Assembly (NCBI GenBank): GCA_964016885.1 | Contig: OZ024749.1 | Coordinates: forward strand, 5,518,001 to 5,582,000 | Origin: Eledone cirrhosa | Taxonomy: Eukaryota | Length of the DNA stretch: 64,000 bases | Direction of reading: 5' to 3' | Shown here: positions 27,053 to 39,951 of the stretch, in pieces | How the letters are laid out: each line of letters begins with the position of its first letter | Position numbering within the stretch: position 1 is the stretch's first letter | The notes under the pieces: model-generated | What the model was told of the DNA's origin: nothing | The model's database searches: none | What the model saw: only the letters and a program-made list of their open reading frames with translations | Translations under genes and position numbers: made by a program

Positions 27053-27850
27053 TAATTAACGGAGTCATAGACTCGCGTTAGTCCCTGTAAATTATGTGTT
27101 CAAAGGAAAAGGAGTCCGGAGCTCTTAAAATAAATAATTGTTTCTGCTTTTGGCACAAGGTCAGCAATTATCCAGTGTATTACTGGTACTTTATTTTATC
27201 GACCCCATAAGGATGAAAGGCAAAGTTAAACTCGGCGGGATTTGAACTCAGAATGGCAAGGGCCGTAACTCTATGCATCAAAGCATGGCGTCCGACCTTC
27301 TACCGATACTGCCAATCCACCAATATAATATGTAAAGATAACACACGAGAGATTGAGAGAGAGTGTTTGTTTATCAACGTACAGGGGAAACTACCAGTGT
27401 ATGGAATCTATAAACTACGAAAGGTGAGGTAGACACATAATAATTAAAAATATAAATCAAAATGAATTTACCCACCTTTATAACTATATATCACACACGT
27501 AGAAACTCAAAGAGATTTGTTTCGCCAAATGATTAGTTTATGGAAAGAAATACCCAGGTTCATCAGCGTGTGTTAAGTGAATACATTCCAGAGAACTTAA
27601 GATAACTGCCTTGCAACACGTGGCAGAGAGAAGGAAATGTGTGCATGAGACAGTAAACTAGTGGCCTGTGTGGGACGAGCCGCTAGAAATCGCAGCCCAA
27701 AACCACTCAAAGAAGGGTGCTCAACCAAACAGAGAGAGAAGACTGTTATAAGGAGCAAGATATCAAAATAAATTAATGGAGTCATAGACTCGCATTAGTC
27801 CCTGTAAATTATGTGCTCAAAGGAAGAGGAATCCTGAGCTCTTCAAATGT
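27045..27850 (-). mobile_element. Partial-tandem retrozyme-like element (~525-nt monomer) interrupted by a SINE
   Basis: Direct repeat 27053-27130 / 27770-27848; HHR-like motif at 27493-27573. Confidence 0.6.
27133..27321 (-). mobile_element. Family S SINE
   Basis: Reverse near-full-length copy. Confidence 0.92.
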
Positions 27851-27995
27851 GTTATCTTTTCAACATATTATATATATAAATATATACAGTATATATATAT
27901 ATATATAATTTTTTTTTTGTTTTGTTTTTTTGAACAGCATTCTTTTCTTTCATTTTATTAAACATTTTTATTTGATTTATTTTCTATTTCTACAG

Positions 27996-28115
27996 TTGGA
28001 TTTTGGGATCCGAGAATTGAGAGATATCGTTCATAGTAACACTGCTGAACTATTCAAGGTTGCTCAACAGCATGGCGAGAATGTCTATGAGAGTGTTCAG
28101 CTCTACATGAAACAG
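27996..28115 (+). CDS. Candidate internal coding exon (120 nt, phase 0/0): LDFGIRELRDIVHSNTAELFKVAQQHGENVYESVQLYMKQ; product unknown
   Basis: Strong acceptor ttttctatttctacAG, donor cag|GTcagt, open frame, non-repetitive protein-like composition. Confidence 0.55.
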
Positions 28116-28253
28116 GTCAGTTTAACAATACTCTTTTACTCTTTTACCTGTTCCAGCCATCCGGCTGAGGCCATGCTGGGGCACCGCTCTTGAAAAAAAA
28201 TATATATATTTCATTTGGCATGGACGTGGCTTTCAAACTTCAAATTCTCTCTC

Positions 28254-28327
<74 letters not shown>

Positions 28328-28328
28328 G

Positions 28329-28386
<58 letters not shown>

Positions 28387-28575
28387 TTAATACAATAACA
28401 GAGATAGCTTAACGCTAAACTCCGACAGGTAACCATCTCACTCAACAAACATTAGGTTATATGTTAGTATAACCCAATTTAAGTGTTTGGGGTGCTAACT
28501 ATATTTATTTTGTGGAAAGCCAGTTGTATTATTTTATGAGATATAATTAAAGTTAAAATATATATATATATATAT

Positions 28576-28794
28576 ATATAAGATCAAAAGATGGTTAAAA
28601 GAGTTCCATGTATTTTATTATGCGCATTTCAAAATGATGTTATTTGTTTTTGAAATGCGCATAATAAAATACATGGAACTCTTTTAACCATCTTTTGATC
28701 TTATATATTATGTATACTCCAGTCCTACAAACTGTAGAGTGCTTCTTATCCGATATCTGCATTGCTTTATTGTACTACAATAAAACTCACCTCC

Positions 28795-28798
<4 letters not shown>
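28576..28798 (+). mobile_element. Family B hairpin-plus-tail element (shorter copy of 61740-62140)
   Basis: Arms aagatcaaaagatgg...gcgcatttcaaaa and their reverse complement; same tail as 62050-62138. Confidence 0.85.
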
Positions 28799-28857
<59 letters not shown>

Positions 28858-29098
28858 CATATATATATATATAACATCGAGTGCTCACCCGGGTGAACCT
28901 ATAGAAACTCCAAGTTACACTCCCTGGATATATATTTATATATGCCTGTGTGTTATTAGGTGGGTAACTTGTATTTACTAGCGGCGACGCTTGTCGAAAC
29001 ACTCGATGTTGTTACTGTGTCCGTCTCTCGTTGGGTTATGCACCTTCTCTATGGCGGCTGCATTTTTCAGAGTATATAAAAGTATATATATATATATA

Positions 29099-29405
29099 TA
29101 GGAAAAGAGTTAAGACCCCGATGGCTGATCTCCGGCGTTTTTGACAGCTAGATCCGTACTAAGCTACCAGTAATAGAACGGTGGGAATCTAGCTGACCTT
29201 ATGAAGGGGTACAGTCCATATATGGGCATGCTGTCAAAGCAAACAATCCTAAAAATTCGTTTTTTCTTGTTGTTTTGTTGTTTGTCACGGAGAGCGGTCA
29301 GTCGTCGGAGTCCTGACTCTTTTCCTATTACCCACTCTACTACCCTAAGTATTGAGTACTCTGGTGCGTTATGGTCCACCTGGTATTTTACCACACCCTG
29401 TTTAT
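29099..29405 (+). mobile_element. Diverged family A element with decayed inverted HHR
   Basis: Family A tail at 29320-29400; 29099-29211 read on the minus strand gives acccc + decayed core + stem II cagctagat...atctagctg. Confidence 0.65.
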
Positions 29406-29408
29406 TAT

Positions 29409-29466
<58 letters not shown>

Positions 29467-30349
29467 TCTAAATCTTATCAAAATTCTACATATATATATA
29501 CACCAATTTGTATTGTATTTTGTTTCTTTGTATAGTTGTAAGGGTTCCATCCCAAATAGCTCCCTTTCATCTTTTAACAAACGATCATATAGTTGTTCAA
29601 TGAACCAAACATAAACCTCATTAATTAGTATGTAAGTGGCTGAGTTTTCCAAAAAGGTGTAACCTTAGCATCATCCCTAACTGGAATCTACCAATATTTG
29701 ACAAATCTAGATATTTGGACCACTGTACAATTTTTGTTAACCCAATTGCACTGGTGAAGCATGGATCAAGCCGTGTCTATGGCAAAAGACATTTGACCTG
29801 ATGCCTCAGAGTGTAATCGAACCTGTGATTTTGAGAATACAATGCGAACGTCTTACCCAGGTAGCTATTCTTGCACTTAGGAAATGCATAATGAAAGTCG
29901 TTTCACCCACTTTTATTCATAAGCCATGGGTCAAACTGATGCTATGGCACTACCTGGAGGGTATGGGACTACCAGGGAACTACCTGCTATAGGAATCTAC
30001 CCTTGACATGATGCTGGAGATTGTAATCTCACTTATGAAGTCATACATGTGAAGCAAATGTCTTAAACACACAGCAATGCGTGAAATCTAAGAAATACAC
30101 AGTAAAAGAACCAGTTGCTTCAAGATGTCACAAAATGGGATTCTGCCCGGGAATTCAAGAATGTGGAGCAAATATCTCAAACATTCAGTCATGCTTGTAA
30201 TCCAAGAAATACGTAATAAAACCTATGGAACCGACCCCGAGACCTCGAAATTGTAAAGAGATATTTTGAACTACTCATTCAAGTTTTCACTCAAAGAGAC
30301 AGTAAAAGATTTTTGCCTACCATGCAACGCAACTGGCTAGAATTCTTGA

Positions 30350-30995
30350 CCACATGATTGGAAAAGGAGCTCCTCTACCACACAGCTATGTCAAAGGAAG
30401 AAAACAGAACCTCATGATATTAAAATGTGCTTCTCTACCACACATCTATATTAGAGTAATACAAAACTCAGAACGTCATAATAGTAAAATGTATTCCTCT
30501 ACTACACAGCTATGTTACAGTAAGACAAAACCCAGAACTTCATAATAGTAAAATGTATTTCTCTACCACAAAACTGTGTTAGTGTAATACAAAACCCAGA
30601 ACTTCATAATAGTAAAATATACTTCTCTACTACACAAACCCAGAACTTCATGATAGTAAAATCTAGTTAGTGTAATACAAAACCCAGAACTTCATGATAG
30701 TAAAATGTACTGTGTTAGTGTAATACAAAAGCCAGAAATTCATGATAGTAAATTGTACTGTGTAATACAAAACCCAGAACTTCATGATAGTAAAATGTAC
30801 TTCTCTACTACACAAACCCAGAACTTCATGATAGTAAAATGTACTGTGTTAATGTAATACAAAACCCAGAACTTCATGATGGTAAAATATACTTCTCTAC
30901 TACTACACAAACCCAGAACTTCATGATAGTAAAATATACTTCTCTACTACACAATCCCAGAACTTCATGATAGTAAAATGTACTTCTCTAACATA
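30350..30995. repeat. Minisatellite (aaacccagaacttcatgatagtaaaatgtac..., 38-60-bp variants)
   Basis: About 12 units visible. Confidence 0.9.
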
Positions 30996-30997
30996 CA

Positions 30998-31041
<44 letters not shown>

Positions 31042-31634
31042 TGTAGATCTAGAAGGTTTTAGAAGCTTACACATATGTATATCAGCAAACATCTTAAACT
31101 GCTAGATCCAGACCAGCTTCTAATATGAACAGTAAAAACCTAATATTTACCCAGATCTAGTAATGGGATCGAAACCAATACCACGCAATTGAGAAACAAA
31201 CTGCACAAACAACTGAGCCATTATGTAGAACAATGAAGTAGTTTGATAGTAGATATCGTAGTTTACCATTCAATGTCACATAGTTTTATCAGGCCTATGG
31301 ACACCAACACATATTTTTCTATCAAGCTGATTTGCTTTCAATTTGAAAGCTGTTTGAACTGTATTAATCACATTATTGCCAGAGCTCATCGGAAAGTATT
31401 ATCAAACAACAACATCTGAAAATCCAATGAAGCCTTCACACATCATTTTTACCTTCATAGACAAAACAGACGTCTGTAGGGACTGATTTTTCATCAGATT
31501 CTGTTGGTTCCTCAACTAAATGGATGTTTGTGACAAATCTAGCTGAAATTTATCTTTACTTTTGCCGCCCTCTCCCCTCTCTCTCCCCCACTCTCTCCCC
31601 CCTCTCTCTCCCTCTCCTTCTGCCCCTGGCTTCC

Positions 31635-32202
31635 GTATATATGTATATATATATATATGTGTATATATATATGTATATAAATATGTGTATATATATATAT
31701 ATATTTATATGTATATATATATATGTATATGTATATATGTGTGTATATATATGTGTATATATATGTGTATATATATATATATATGTGTATATGTATATAT
31801 ATATATGTGTATATGTATATATATATATATGTGTATATGTATATATATATATATGTGTATATGTATATATATATATATGTGTATATGTATATATATATAT
31901 ATGTGTATATGTATATATATATATGTGTATATGTATATATATATATGTGTATATGTATATATATATATGTATATATGTGTATATGTATATATATATATGT
32001 GTATATGTATATAAATATATGTGTATATATATATATATATATATGTGTATATATATGTATATATATATGTGTATATATATATATGTATATATATATGTGT
32101 ATATATATCTGTGTGTATATATATATATAAATATATGTATACGAATACATACCAACATACATACACACACACACAACACACATACATTCTTATTTATACA
32201 TC

Positions 32203-32234
<32 letters not shown>

Positions 32235-32324
32235 TATGTACCTAAACTTATATCAAAGAAAGATATCTATACTCACACAGATACACACACTGGCACAAAG
32301 AAGAGAAAGGAGGAGAGAGAGTGA

Positions 32325-32362
<38 letters not shown>

Positions 32363-32415
32363 CTGAGAAAGAGAGAGTGAGGGAGAGGTAGACAGTGAGA
32401 GAGAGAGAGAGAGAG
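31635..32415. repeat. (TA/TG)n followed by (GA)n microsatellites
   Basis: Direct reading. Confidence 0.95.
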
Positions 32416-32547
32416 ACTACACTCCCACCGTCTTTCTTTTTCATTCTTCGATTTTTTTTTCGAAGTTTTGATAACTTTTATAATGTAATTTTTTTCCATG
32501 GACGACTAAACTGCTTGAAATACATTGGATGTAGGGAGAGATGTGGG

Positions 32548-33720
32548 GGATGGTGGTGTACTAGAGTACCTGGGGTGGGGGTAATACAGTGGTGGTGATG
32601 GTGTACTAGAGATACCTGGGGTGGGGGTAATACAGTGGTGGTGTGGTGATGGTGATGGCTACTGTACTAGAGGTACCTGGGGGTGGGGGTAATACAGTGG
32701 GGATGGTGTACTAGAGATACCTGGGGTAGGGGTAATGCAGTGGTGGTGATGGTGTACTAGAGATGCCTGGGGTGGGGGTAATACACTGGTGGTGTGGTGA
32801 TGGTGATGGCTACTGTACTAGAGGTACCTGGGGGTGGGGGTAATACAGTGGGGATGGTGTACTAGAGATACCTGGGGTGGGGGTAATACAGTGGTGGTGA
32901 TGGTGTACTAGAGATACCTGGGGTGGGGGTAATACAGTGGTGGTGTGGTGATGGTGATGGCTACTGTACTAGAGATACCTGGGGGTGCGGGTAATACAGT
33001 GGGGATGGTGTACTAGAGATACCTGGGGTGGGGGTAATGCAGTGGTGGTGATGGTGTACTAGAGATGCCTGGGGTGGGGGTAATACACTGGTGGTGTGGT
33101 GATGGTGATGGCTACTGTACTAGAGGTACCTGGGGGTGGGGGTAATACAGTGGGGATGATGGTGTACTAGAGATACCTGGGGTGGGGGTAATACAGTGGT
33201 GGGGTGGTGTACTAGAGATACCTGGGTGAGGGTAATACAGTGGTGGGGTGGTGTACTAGAGATACCTGGGTGGGGGTAATACAGTGGTGGGGTGGTGTAC
33301 TAGAGATACCTGGGTGGGGGTAATACAGTGGTGGGGTGGTGTACTAGAGATACCTGGGTGGGGGTAATACAGTGGTGGGGTGGTGTACTAGAGATACCTG
33401 GGGGTGCGGGTAATACAGTGGGGATGATGGTGTACTAGAGATACCTGGGGTGGGGGTAATGCAGTGGTGGTGATGGTGTACTAGAGATACCTGGGGTGGG
33501 GGTAATACAGTCGTGGTGATGGTGATGGCTACTGTACTAGAAATACCTGGGGTGGGGACGTGGGGGTAATACAGTGGTGGGGTGGTGTACTAGAGATACC
33601 TGGGTGGGGGTAATACAGTGGTGGTGATACTGTACTAGAAATACCTGGGGTGGGGACGTGGGGGTAATACAGTGGTGGGGTGGTGATGGTGATGGCTACT
33701 GTACTAGAGATACCTGGTGG
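32548..33720. repeat. G-rich minisatellite, ~42-60-bp unit (gtactagagatacctggggtgggggtaatacagtggtg...)
   Basis: About 24 units, with a 3-unit higher-order pattern at 32600-33160. Confidence 0.93.
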
Positions 33721-34460
33721 TAGCGGTGGTGGTAAAGATGGTGGCGTTGGTGGTAATAATAGTGTAGTAAGCGTCAGTGTTGTGGTGGGGTCGTGGCGCT
33801 GGTGGTGCTGGTGGTGATAGCGGTGGTGATGGTGGTGGTGGTGGTGGTAGCGGTGGTGGTGGTGATGTTGGTGGTAGCGGTGCTGGTGGTGCCGGTAATG
33901 CTCGTGGTGGTGGTGGCGGTGGTGGTGGTGGCGGTGGTGGTGGTAGCGGTGCTGGTGGTGTTGCTGGTGGTGGTGGTGGCGGTGGTGGTGGTGGCGGTGG
34001 TGGTGGTGGCGGTGCTGGTGGTGTTGCTGGTGGTGCCGGTAATGCTCGTGGTGGTGGTGGCGGTGGTGGTGGTAGCGCTGATGGTGGTGGTGGTGGTTGC
34101 GGTGGTGGTGGTGGTGGTGGTAGTGGTGGTGGTGGTTGCGGTGGTGGTGGTGGTTGCGGTTGCGGTGGTGGTTGCGGTGGTGGTGGTGGTGGTGGTTGCG
34201 GTGGTGGTTGCGGTTGCGGTGGTGGTGGTTGCGGTGGTGGTGGTGGTGGTGGTGGTGGTAGCGGTGGTGGTTGCGGTTGCGGTGGTGGTGGTGGCGGTAG
34301 CGGTGGTGGTGGTGGTGATGGTAGCGGTGGTGGTGGTGGTGGTTGCGGTTGCGGTGGTGGTGGTGGTGGTGGTGGTGATGGTAGCGGTGGTGGTGGTGGT
34401 GGTTGCGGTGGTGGTTGCGGTTGCGGTGGTGGTGGTGGTGGTGATGGTAGCGGTGGTGGT
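33720..34460. repeat. (GGT/GGC/TGC)n low-complexity tract
   Basis: Direct reading. Confidence 0.9.
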
Positions 34461-34587
34461 CGGAAATCGTAGACATGAAGTAGATTTTAATACTTTTATA
34501 CTTTCGATTTAATCGTTCGTTATGAATTAATGGTTTCTGATGTGAAACTGATGCATTTTCAATCGTTATTTCTAAAACATCGTGTAC

Positions 34588-34651
<64 letters not shown>

Positions 34652-34869
34652 TTTTTATTTATTTACTTATATGTATATTTATTATTCATATATTGTAACC
34701 TTCACATCTTTTGTTCCAACCACGTCGTATTTGTTCCTGCATTAGAAACTATTCTTTCAGGCACGAAACCTCTGTAAGATCGCTAACGAAATTTATGTGA
34801 AATCACATTCTACAAAAGTATCAGTCACTCTTCGATTGGTTTATCATCGAGTACATAAAGGTTGAAATA

Positions 34870-35485
34870 TCACACAAATGTCGCTACGGATCCACCGTGG
34901 GCTCTTTCGGCATCCACCCGCTTTCCTGTCACTACAGCGCCGGTCGCCCTCCACGTCATTGTGCCCTCACTCAGGTCATAAACGATGGTTTGGATGCTGC
35001 AGGCTTCCCCCTCTCAGCTCGAGCCGGTGGAGCTGGACCGAGGGGACGGACGGTAAAAGGCCAGACGGTAAGACCATCTTCCCATTCCTCGGTGGAAATC
35101 CCTTAGTCTGGGATATCACTTGCGGCGACTAACCTAGGTTCGGCTGCACTTCGGGCTGAGGAGGCCAAATTCTCCAAGTAGCGGTCGCTCTGAGACCGGT
35201 TTGCGGTTGTGCCCTTGGCAGTGGAGACTTCTGGTCTCCGTGGCCCTAGGGATACCTCTCTACTCCCCACCATACGCGCTGAGCTGGCTAGCCGCAGGTG
35301 AGTGCCTCGCGAAATGTAATGGCTCCTCCAGCGCATCTCTTCTAACATCCTCCGCGGAAACGCCTTCTCCATTCTGTCCACCGGCCAGCTCGTGGGACGG
35401 CCAGCTCGTGGGACCCCATTTGCTCACTATACAGTAAGATGGAGGCGATGACAGTGAGAGTTCAGCTCTTCCATGTTCGGACACA
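34870..35485 (+). mobile_element. CRE-clade retrotransposon 3' end (zinc knuckle plus restriction-like endonuclease), decayed
   Basis: HKCRYGSTVGSFGIHPLSC..SAGRPPRH; DGKRPDGKTIFPFLGGNPLVWDITCGD; PLAVETSG; LQRISSNILRGNAFSIL. Confidence 0.85.
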
Positions 35486-35715
35486 TTGCACCTGTCAAGA
35501 GAGTATTTTCATACGTGTAACCGAGTGATATATATATTAGAAGTACGACTTCTGGCAACCTGGGCCCCGAAACCAGCTCCCTAATTATTGTTCACATCAC
35601 CTATGTATTTGGCTAGATATGTTAGTGGATCTCTCTACATTACCCTCTTTCTCTCGCCCTCTCTGATTTTTTGTGAGGGCTGTTAGAGACTATTAGAATA
35701 TACACAGACACACAC

Positions 35716-35797
<82 letters not shown>

Positions 35798-36099
35798 ACA
35801 TACATACATACATACATACATACATACATACATACATACATACACGCACACACGCACACACGCGCACACGCGCACACGCACATATATGTACGTATGGCAT
35901 TATTGCAAAATAATGAGACTTGCTACACTGGAGTTTCACCTGTCCATTCACAGGATCGACTGATTCTTCTATGTGCACAGGTGGAATTTCACCTCCTCCT
36001 TCTCCTCCTCCTCCTTCTCCTCCTCCTTCTTCTTCTTCTTCTTCTTCTTTAACATACAGGTATACATTCCTGCGTACGTACATAGATAGCTGCAACATA

Positions 36100-36966
36100 G
36101 CTAAGACAAAAGAGTTGATAAGTAGAAGAGAGAATAATACTCTGATTCCACCAGGGAAATTGCCATGTTCGATATGTAGGAAAGGAACTGGCATAAATTC
36201 CATAAAATGTACGCAATGCAGATCTTGGGTGCACAAGAGATGTAGTGGGATAGCAGGCAAACTAACAGGTAGGGAAATCTACGTATGCAGTAGATGTACA
36301 GGGAAAGTTGGCAATAGTAATTGCAGTAGACACATTTTTCAAATGCAGGTGGGTTCTATAGAAGTGGTTGATAGCTTCCGGTACCTAGGTCATCAGATTA
36401 GCATGGGGGTGGGTGGGAGGTCCGTGGCCATAGTATCTAGAATAAGGACGGGTTGTAAGAAGTTTAGAGAGCTGCTTCCTCTGTTGACAAAGAAGGGTTT
36501 CGCCCTGCGTACGAAAGGACGGTTTATGATGCTGCATGGTAGTGATACTTGGGCAGCAACTGCAGAGGATATGCGACGGCTGGAGAGAAATGAAGCAAGC
36601 ATGCTCCGTTGGATGTGCAATGTCAATGTGCGTGAATGACCAAACATAGACGAGTTGAGAAAGAAACTGGGTAAAGGAGGGATAAGTTGTGGTGTGCAGG
36701 AGAGAAGGCTGAGATGGTATGGACATGTGATGCGCATGGAGGATGACCGCCGGGTAAAGAAGTGCCAAGAAATCCCAGTAGAAGGAAGATGGAGTAAAGG
36801 AAGACCACGAAAAACATGGGCCGAGGTGGTGAGAGCAGACCTCAGATCGCTGAGGTCTGCTCTCACCACCTCGAAGGACCGTGACAAGTGGAGAGATGCT
36901 GTGTTGAACAGGACCCGTCCAACCCTTGCAAGCAGGGAAAAGTGGACGTAAAATGATGATGATGAT
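36100..36966 (+). mobile_element. RTE-clade LINE 3' portion with PHD-like Cys insertion and (GAT)n tail
   Basis: PCSICRKG..SIKCTQCRSWVHKRCSG, EVVDSFRYLG, MLHGSDTW, RLRWYGHVMRM, GRPRKTW; stop at ~36637; tail atgatgatgatgat. Confidence 0.9.
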
Positions 36967-37653
36967 ATACAGGTATATTTACATATGTATGCACATACAT
37001 AGTTACATACATACGTACGTAAATAGTTTCATACATATATATGTACATACATAGAGTTGCATATATATGTATGTACGTACGTACGTACATACATACACAC
37101 ATACTTACACCCATACATACACGCATACATACATACACATACATACATACACACATACATACTGAGAAGCTGGACTACACAGAACCAGAAAGAGCTCGAT
37201 TACTTAGGAAATTACAAGTACAATCCATTAATGGAACAGTAATAATATGTAAAACATTCTAAAAAATCTGCATCCAATGACTGCATATACACATGTACAG
37301 ATACAAAGCATATACACATGCACACATACAACTCAAAACATACAAACCCACACATACAATAACATCCACACCTGCACACACATCCATGTATGGAGACATG
37401 CATACATAATCTACCTAGTTGAAGTTGTGTAAATTCCAATGAGAGAGTCTTGTGTCTATGTTAGAAACCGACTCTCTCCCTATTGGCAAAAATTTATGAA
37501 ATTATAAAACCAGAAGAGCATACATACATACGTACACACATATATACCTATAGCTTATTTTACATAATAGTTCATATATAACTGTTTACACCCTGAAATG
37601 ATGTAGCTGAAACTATTTAAAAATGACGTCGGTTTAATATGTCCAACAGTATC

Positions 37654-38051
37654 TTGGTGGGTTGGCAGTATCGGTAGAGGGTCGGACGCGATGCTTTGCA
37701 GCAAAGAGTTACGGCCCTTGCCATTCTGAGTTCAAATCCCGCTGAGGTTAACTTTGCCATTCATCCTTACGGGGTCGATAAAATAAAGTACCAGTAATGT
37801 ACTGAGATAATTGCTGGCCTTGTGCCAAAAGTAGAAACTATTATATTTTTTAATAAAGGGCGGTGGATTGGCAGTATCGGTAGAGGGTCGGACGCCATGC
37901 TTTGCAGCAAAGAGTTACGGCCCTTGCCATTCTGAGTTCAAATCCCGCTGAGGTTAACTTTGCCATTCATCCTTACGGGGTCGATAAAATAAAGTACCAG
38001 TAATGTACTGGGATAATTGCTGGCCTTGTGCCAAAAGTAGAAACAATTATA
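37654..38051 (+). mobile_element. Two tandem near-identical family S SINEs (37654-37843, 37858-38051)
   Basis: Both share the variants cccgctgag and tgccattcat; outer duplication acagtatctt. Confidence 0.92.
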
Positions 38052-38723
38052 TTTACAGTATCTTTACTACTGGACAGATTGTCGTTACAGAATGCAGTAT
38101 CTGAATACATACTTCAGCCTGTAATGGGCTTCTCTCATAGTAGTGCTTCCGTACAGTCAACCTTGTGGCAAGTACGATCCTACAGCCCCCTGACTAAGCG
38201 ATTGATTGTTCTGGGTTACGTGGTATTAATAGAAAGATGAACGCTTCCCTGGCCACTATTCAAAACTTTTTATACTAAACGCCTGAAAGTGCTCCCAGTT
38301 CTATAATAAAAAAACTGTTTGTTGTGAAGTGTTTATATATATCTAAAACCCTTTCATCATAGTTAATGTTTAAGAGCCTTCATTAAGTTATACTTCAAAC
38401 AGGAGTTTAATAATGTGAAATTTAGTTATACACTGAAATCCCCCCTGATTCCTGGTTATTTTCAAAATCATAAGCAGTGCCATTCGTTAGAAATATGTTA
38501 ATGAAAGGATTAAACGGTGATTAAACAACATTGTCTTCGTTGGGAGTGGTGGCGTTTGAGAGGGGACATAACTTTATAGAACAAAAACCAGTTATAACAA
38601 TGGCTGTGTTTCAATTGAACTATCGATCTACCATAAAGACAAATCAATACAACAAAAGTAATTAAATGAATAAATAAATTCAATGAGCAGAAACATTTTT
38701 TGGTAGTTCGAATGTGTGTGTGA

Positions 38724-38754
<31 letters not shown>

Positions 38755-38934
38755 GAATTCCAACTTTGTCTGATTTACTCGTTTTATTTACAATCCTTTA
38801 ACATTTATAATGGTATTAGAATGAAATAGTATGGTAGAATATTAAATGTTAAGTGTTAATTGAACAAGTACTTTCATGCTTTCGCAATCTTCAGGTTCAT
38901 AATGTGTGGTGACAGTCAAGTTTGCAATTTTCAA

Positions 38935-39137
38935 TATAATACTAAATTTGAAGACTAAAATCCAAAGAGGCCTAGATAAGGATAAATATATATCAAATAT
39001 ATAAGAACCGTAGAGCAAATATTTATTAAAATAACAGATTAAAGTTTAAGCAAAGAATCGTTGCTTTCACTCTTAAGATCCCGTTAAGGGTGAAAGCAGA
39101 GATTCTTTACTTAAACTTTAATCTGTTATTTTAATAA
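38935..39137 (-). mobile_element. Family C hairpin-plus-tail element
   Basis: 39018-39075 is inverted to 39085-39140; tail at 38935-39015. Confidence 0.8.
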
Positions 39138-39686
39138 ATATATATATATATATATATATGAGAGATAGATCTGTAAGTATATATATGTATATACACATAG
39201 AGAAATATGTGTATGTATATATATATTTATATATATATATGTGTGTGTGTGTGTATATATGTATATATATATATAGAGAGAGAGAGAGAGATGGGGGAAG
39301 GAGAGAGATTTGTATGTATATATATTTAAAAAGAGGAAAAGAATGATTTCACTTGTAGTTCTAAACAATTTAATTTAATTTTATGATATGAATTTACAAT
39401 TTCGTTTCGTAGATCTAGTAAGTTCTATTTTAACTTCGGTGGGAAGATTTTTAAAGATTCCTGATTAATTTTCCTGGAGAACTTTCTCACATCCGTCGGT
39501 GGCGATTGTCAAACTGAACTCAGGTTGTGTTGTGATGTGTGACTATATATAAGAGATCGGGTGGGTTGGGGAGGGGAGTAATGAATGCGGGAGTGAACAA
39601 GTGAAATCCCTTTCTTTTTTTAAAATATACGTAACCGAACCAAGGATTTCATACATTTTCCTATATAAATATATATATATATATAT

Positions 39687-39937
39687 ATTTAAATGAATAA
39701 ATCAAAGAATGAGTTTTACAATAGATTGGAAGCACTCCACAGTAATGGTTTTCCGGAGTTATTAATATTAATTCACAATATTAACAAAAATAGACCTTCG
39801 TGTGATCAAGTATATTTTATTATACATATCTGATGAGGACATACTCTTGAAGATAGCTCAGTACCTCTAAAATATGTATAATAAAATATACTTGATCACA
39901 TGATGGTCTATTTTTGTTAATATTTTGAATTAATATA
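39687..39937. mobile_element. Family D hairpin element with HHR core in the loop
   Basis: Arms 39765-39829 / 39872-39937; loop holds CTGATGA (39830-39836) ...gtacctc + mutated GAAA. Confidence 0.7.
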
Positions 39938-39951
39938 CATATATATATATA

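Noticed and set aside
33529-34512. Gly/Cys-rich or His-rich ORFs resembling structural (beak or keratin-like) proteins
   Set aside because: Pure trinucleotide expansion continuous with a minisatellite; no credible start, signal peptide or exon boundaries
39512-39575. TATA plus TCAGTT initiator-like promoter on the minus strand
   Set aside because: Spacing of 34-36 nt is atypical and TATA-like words are ubiquitous here
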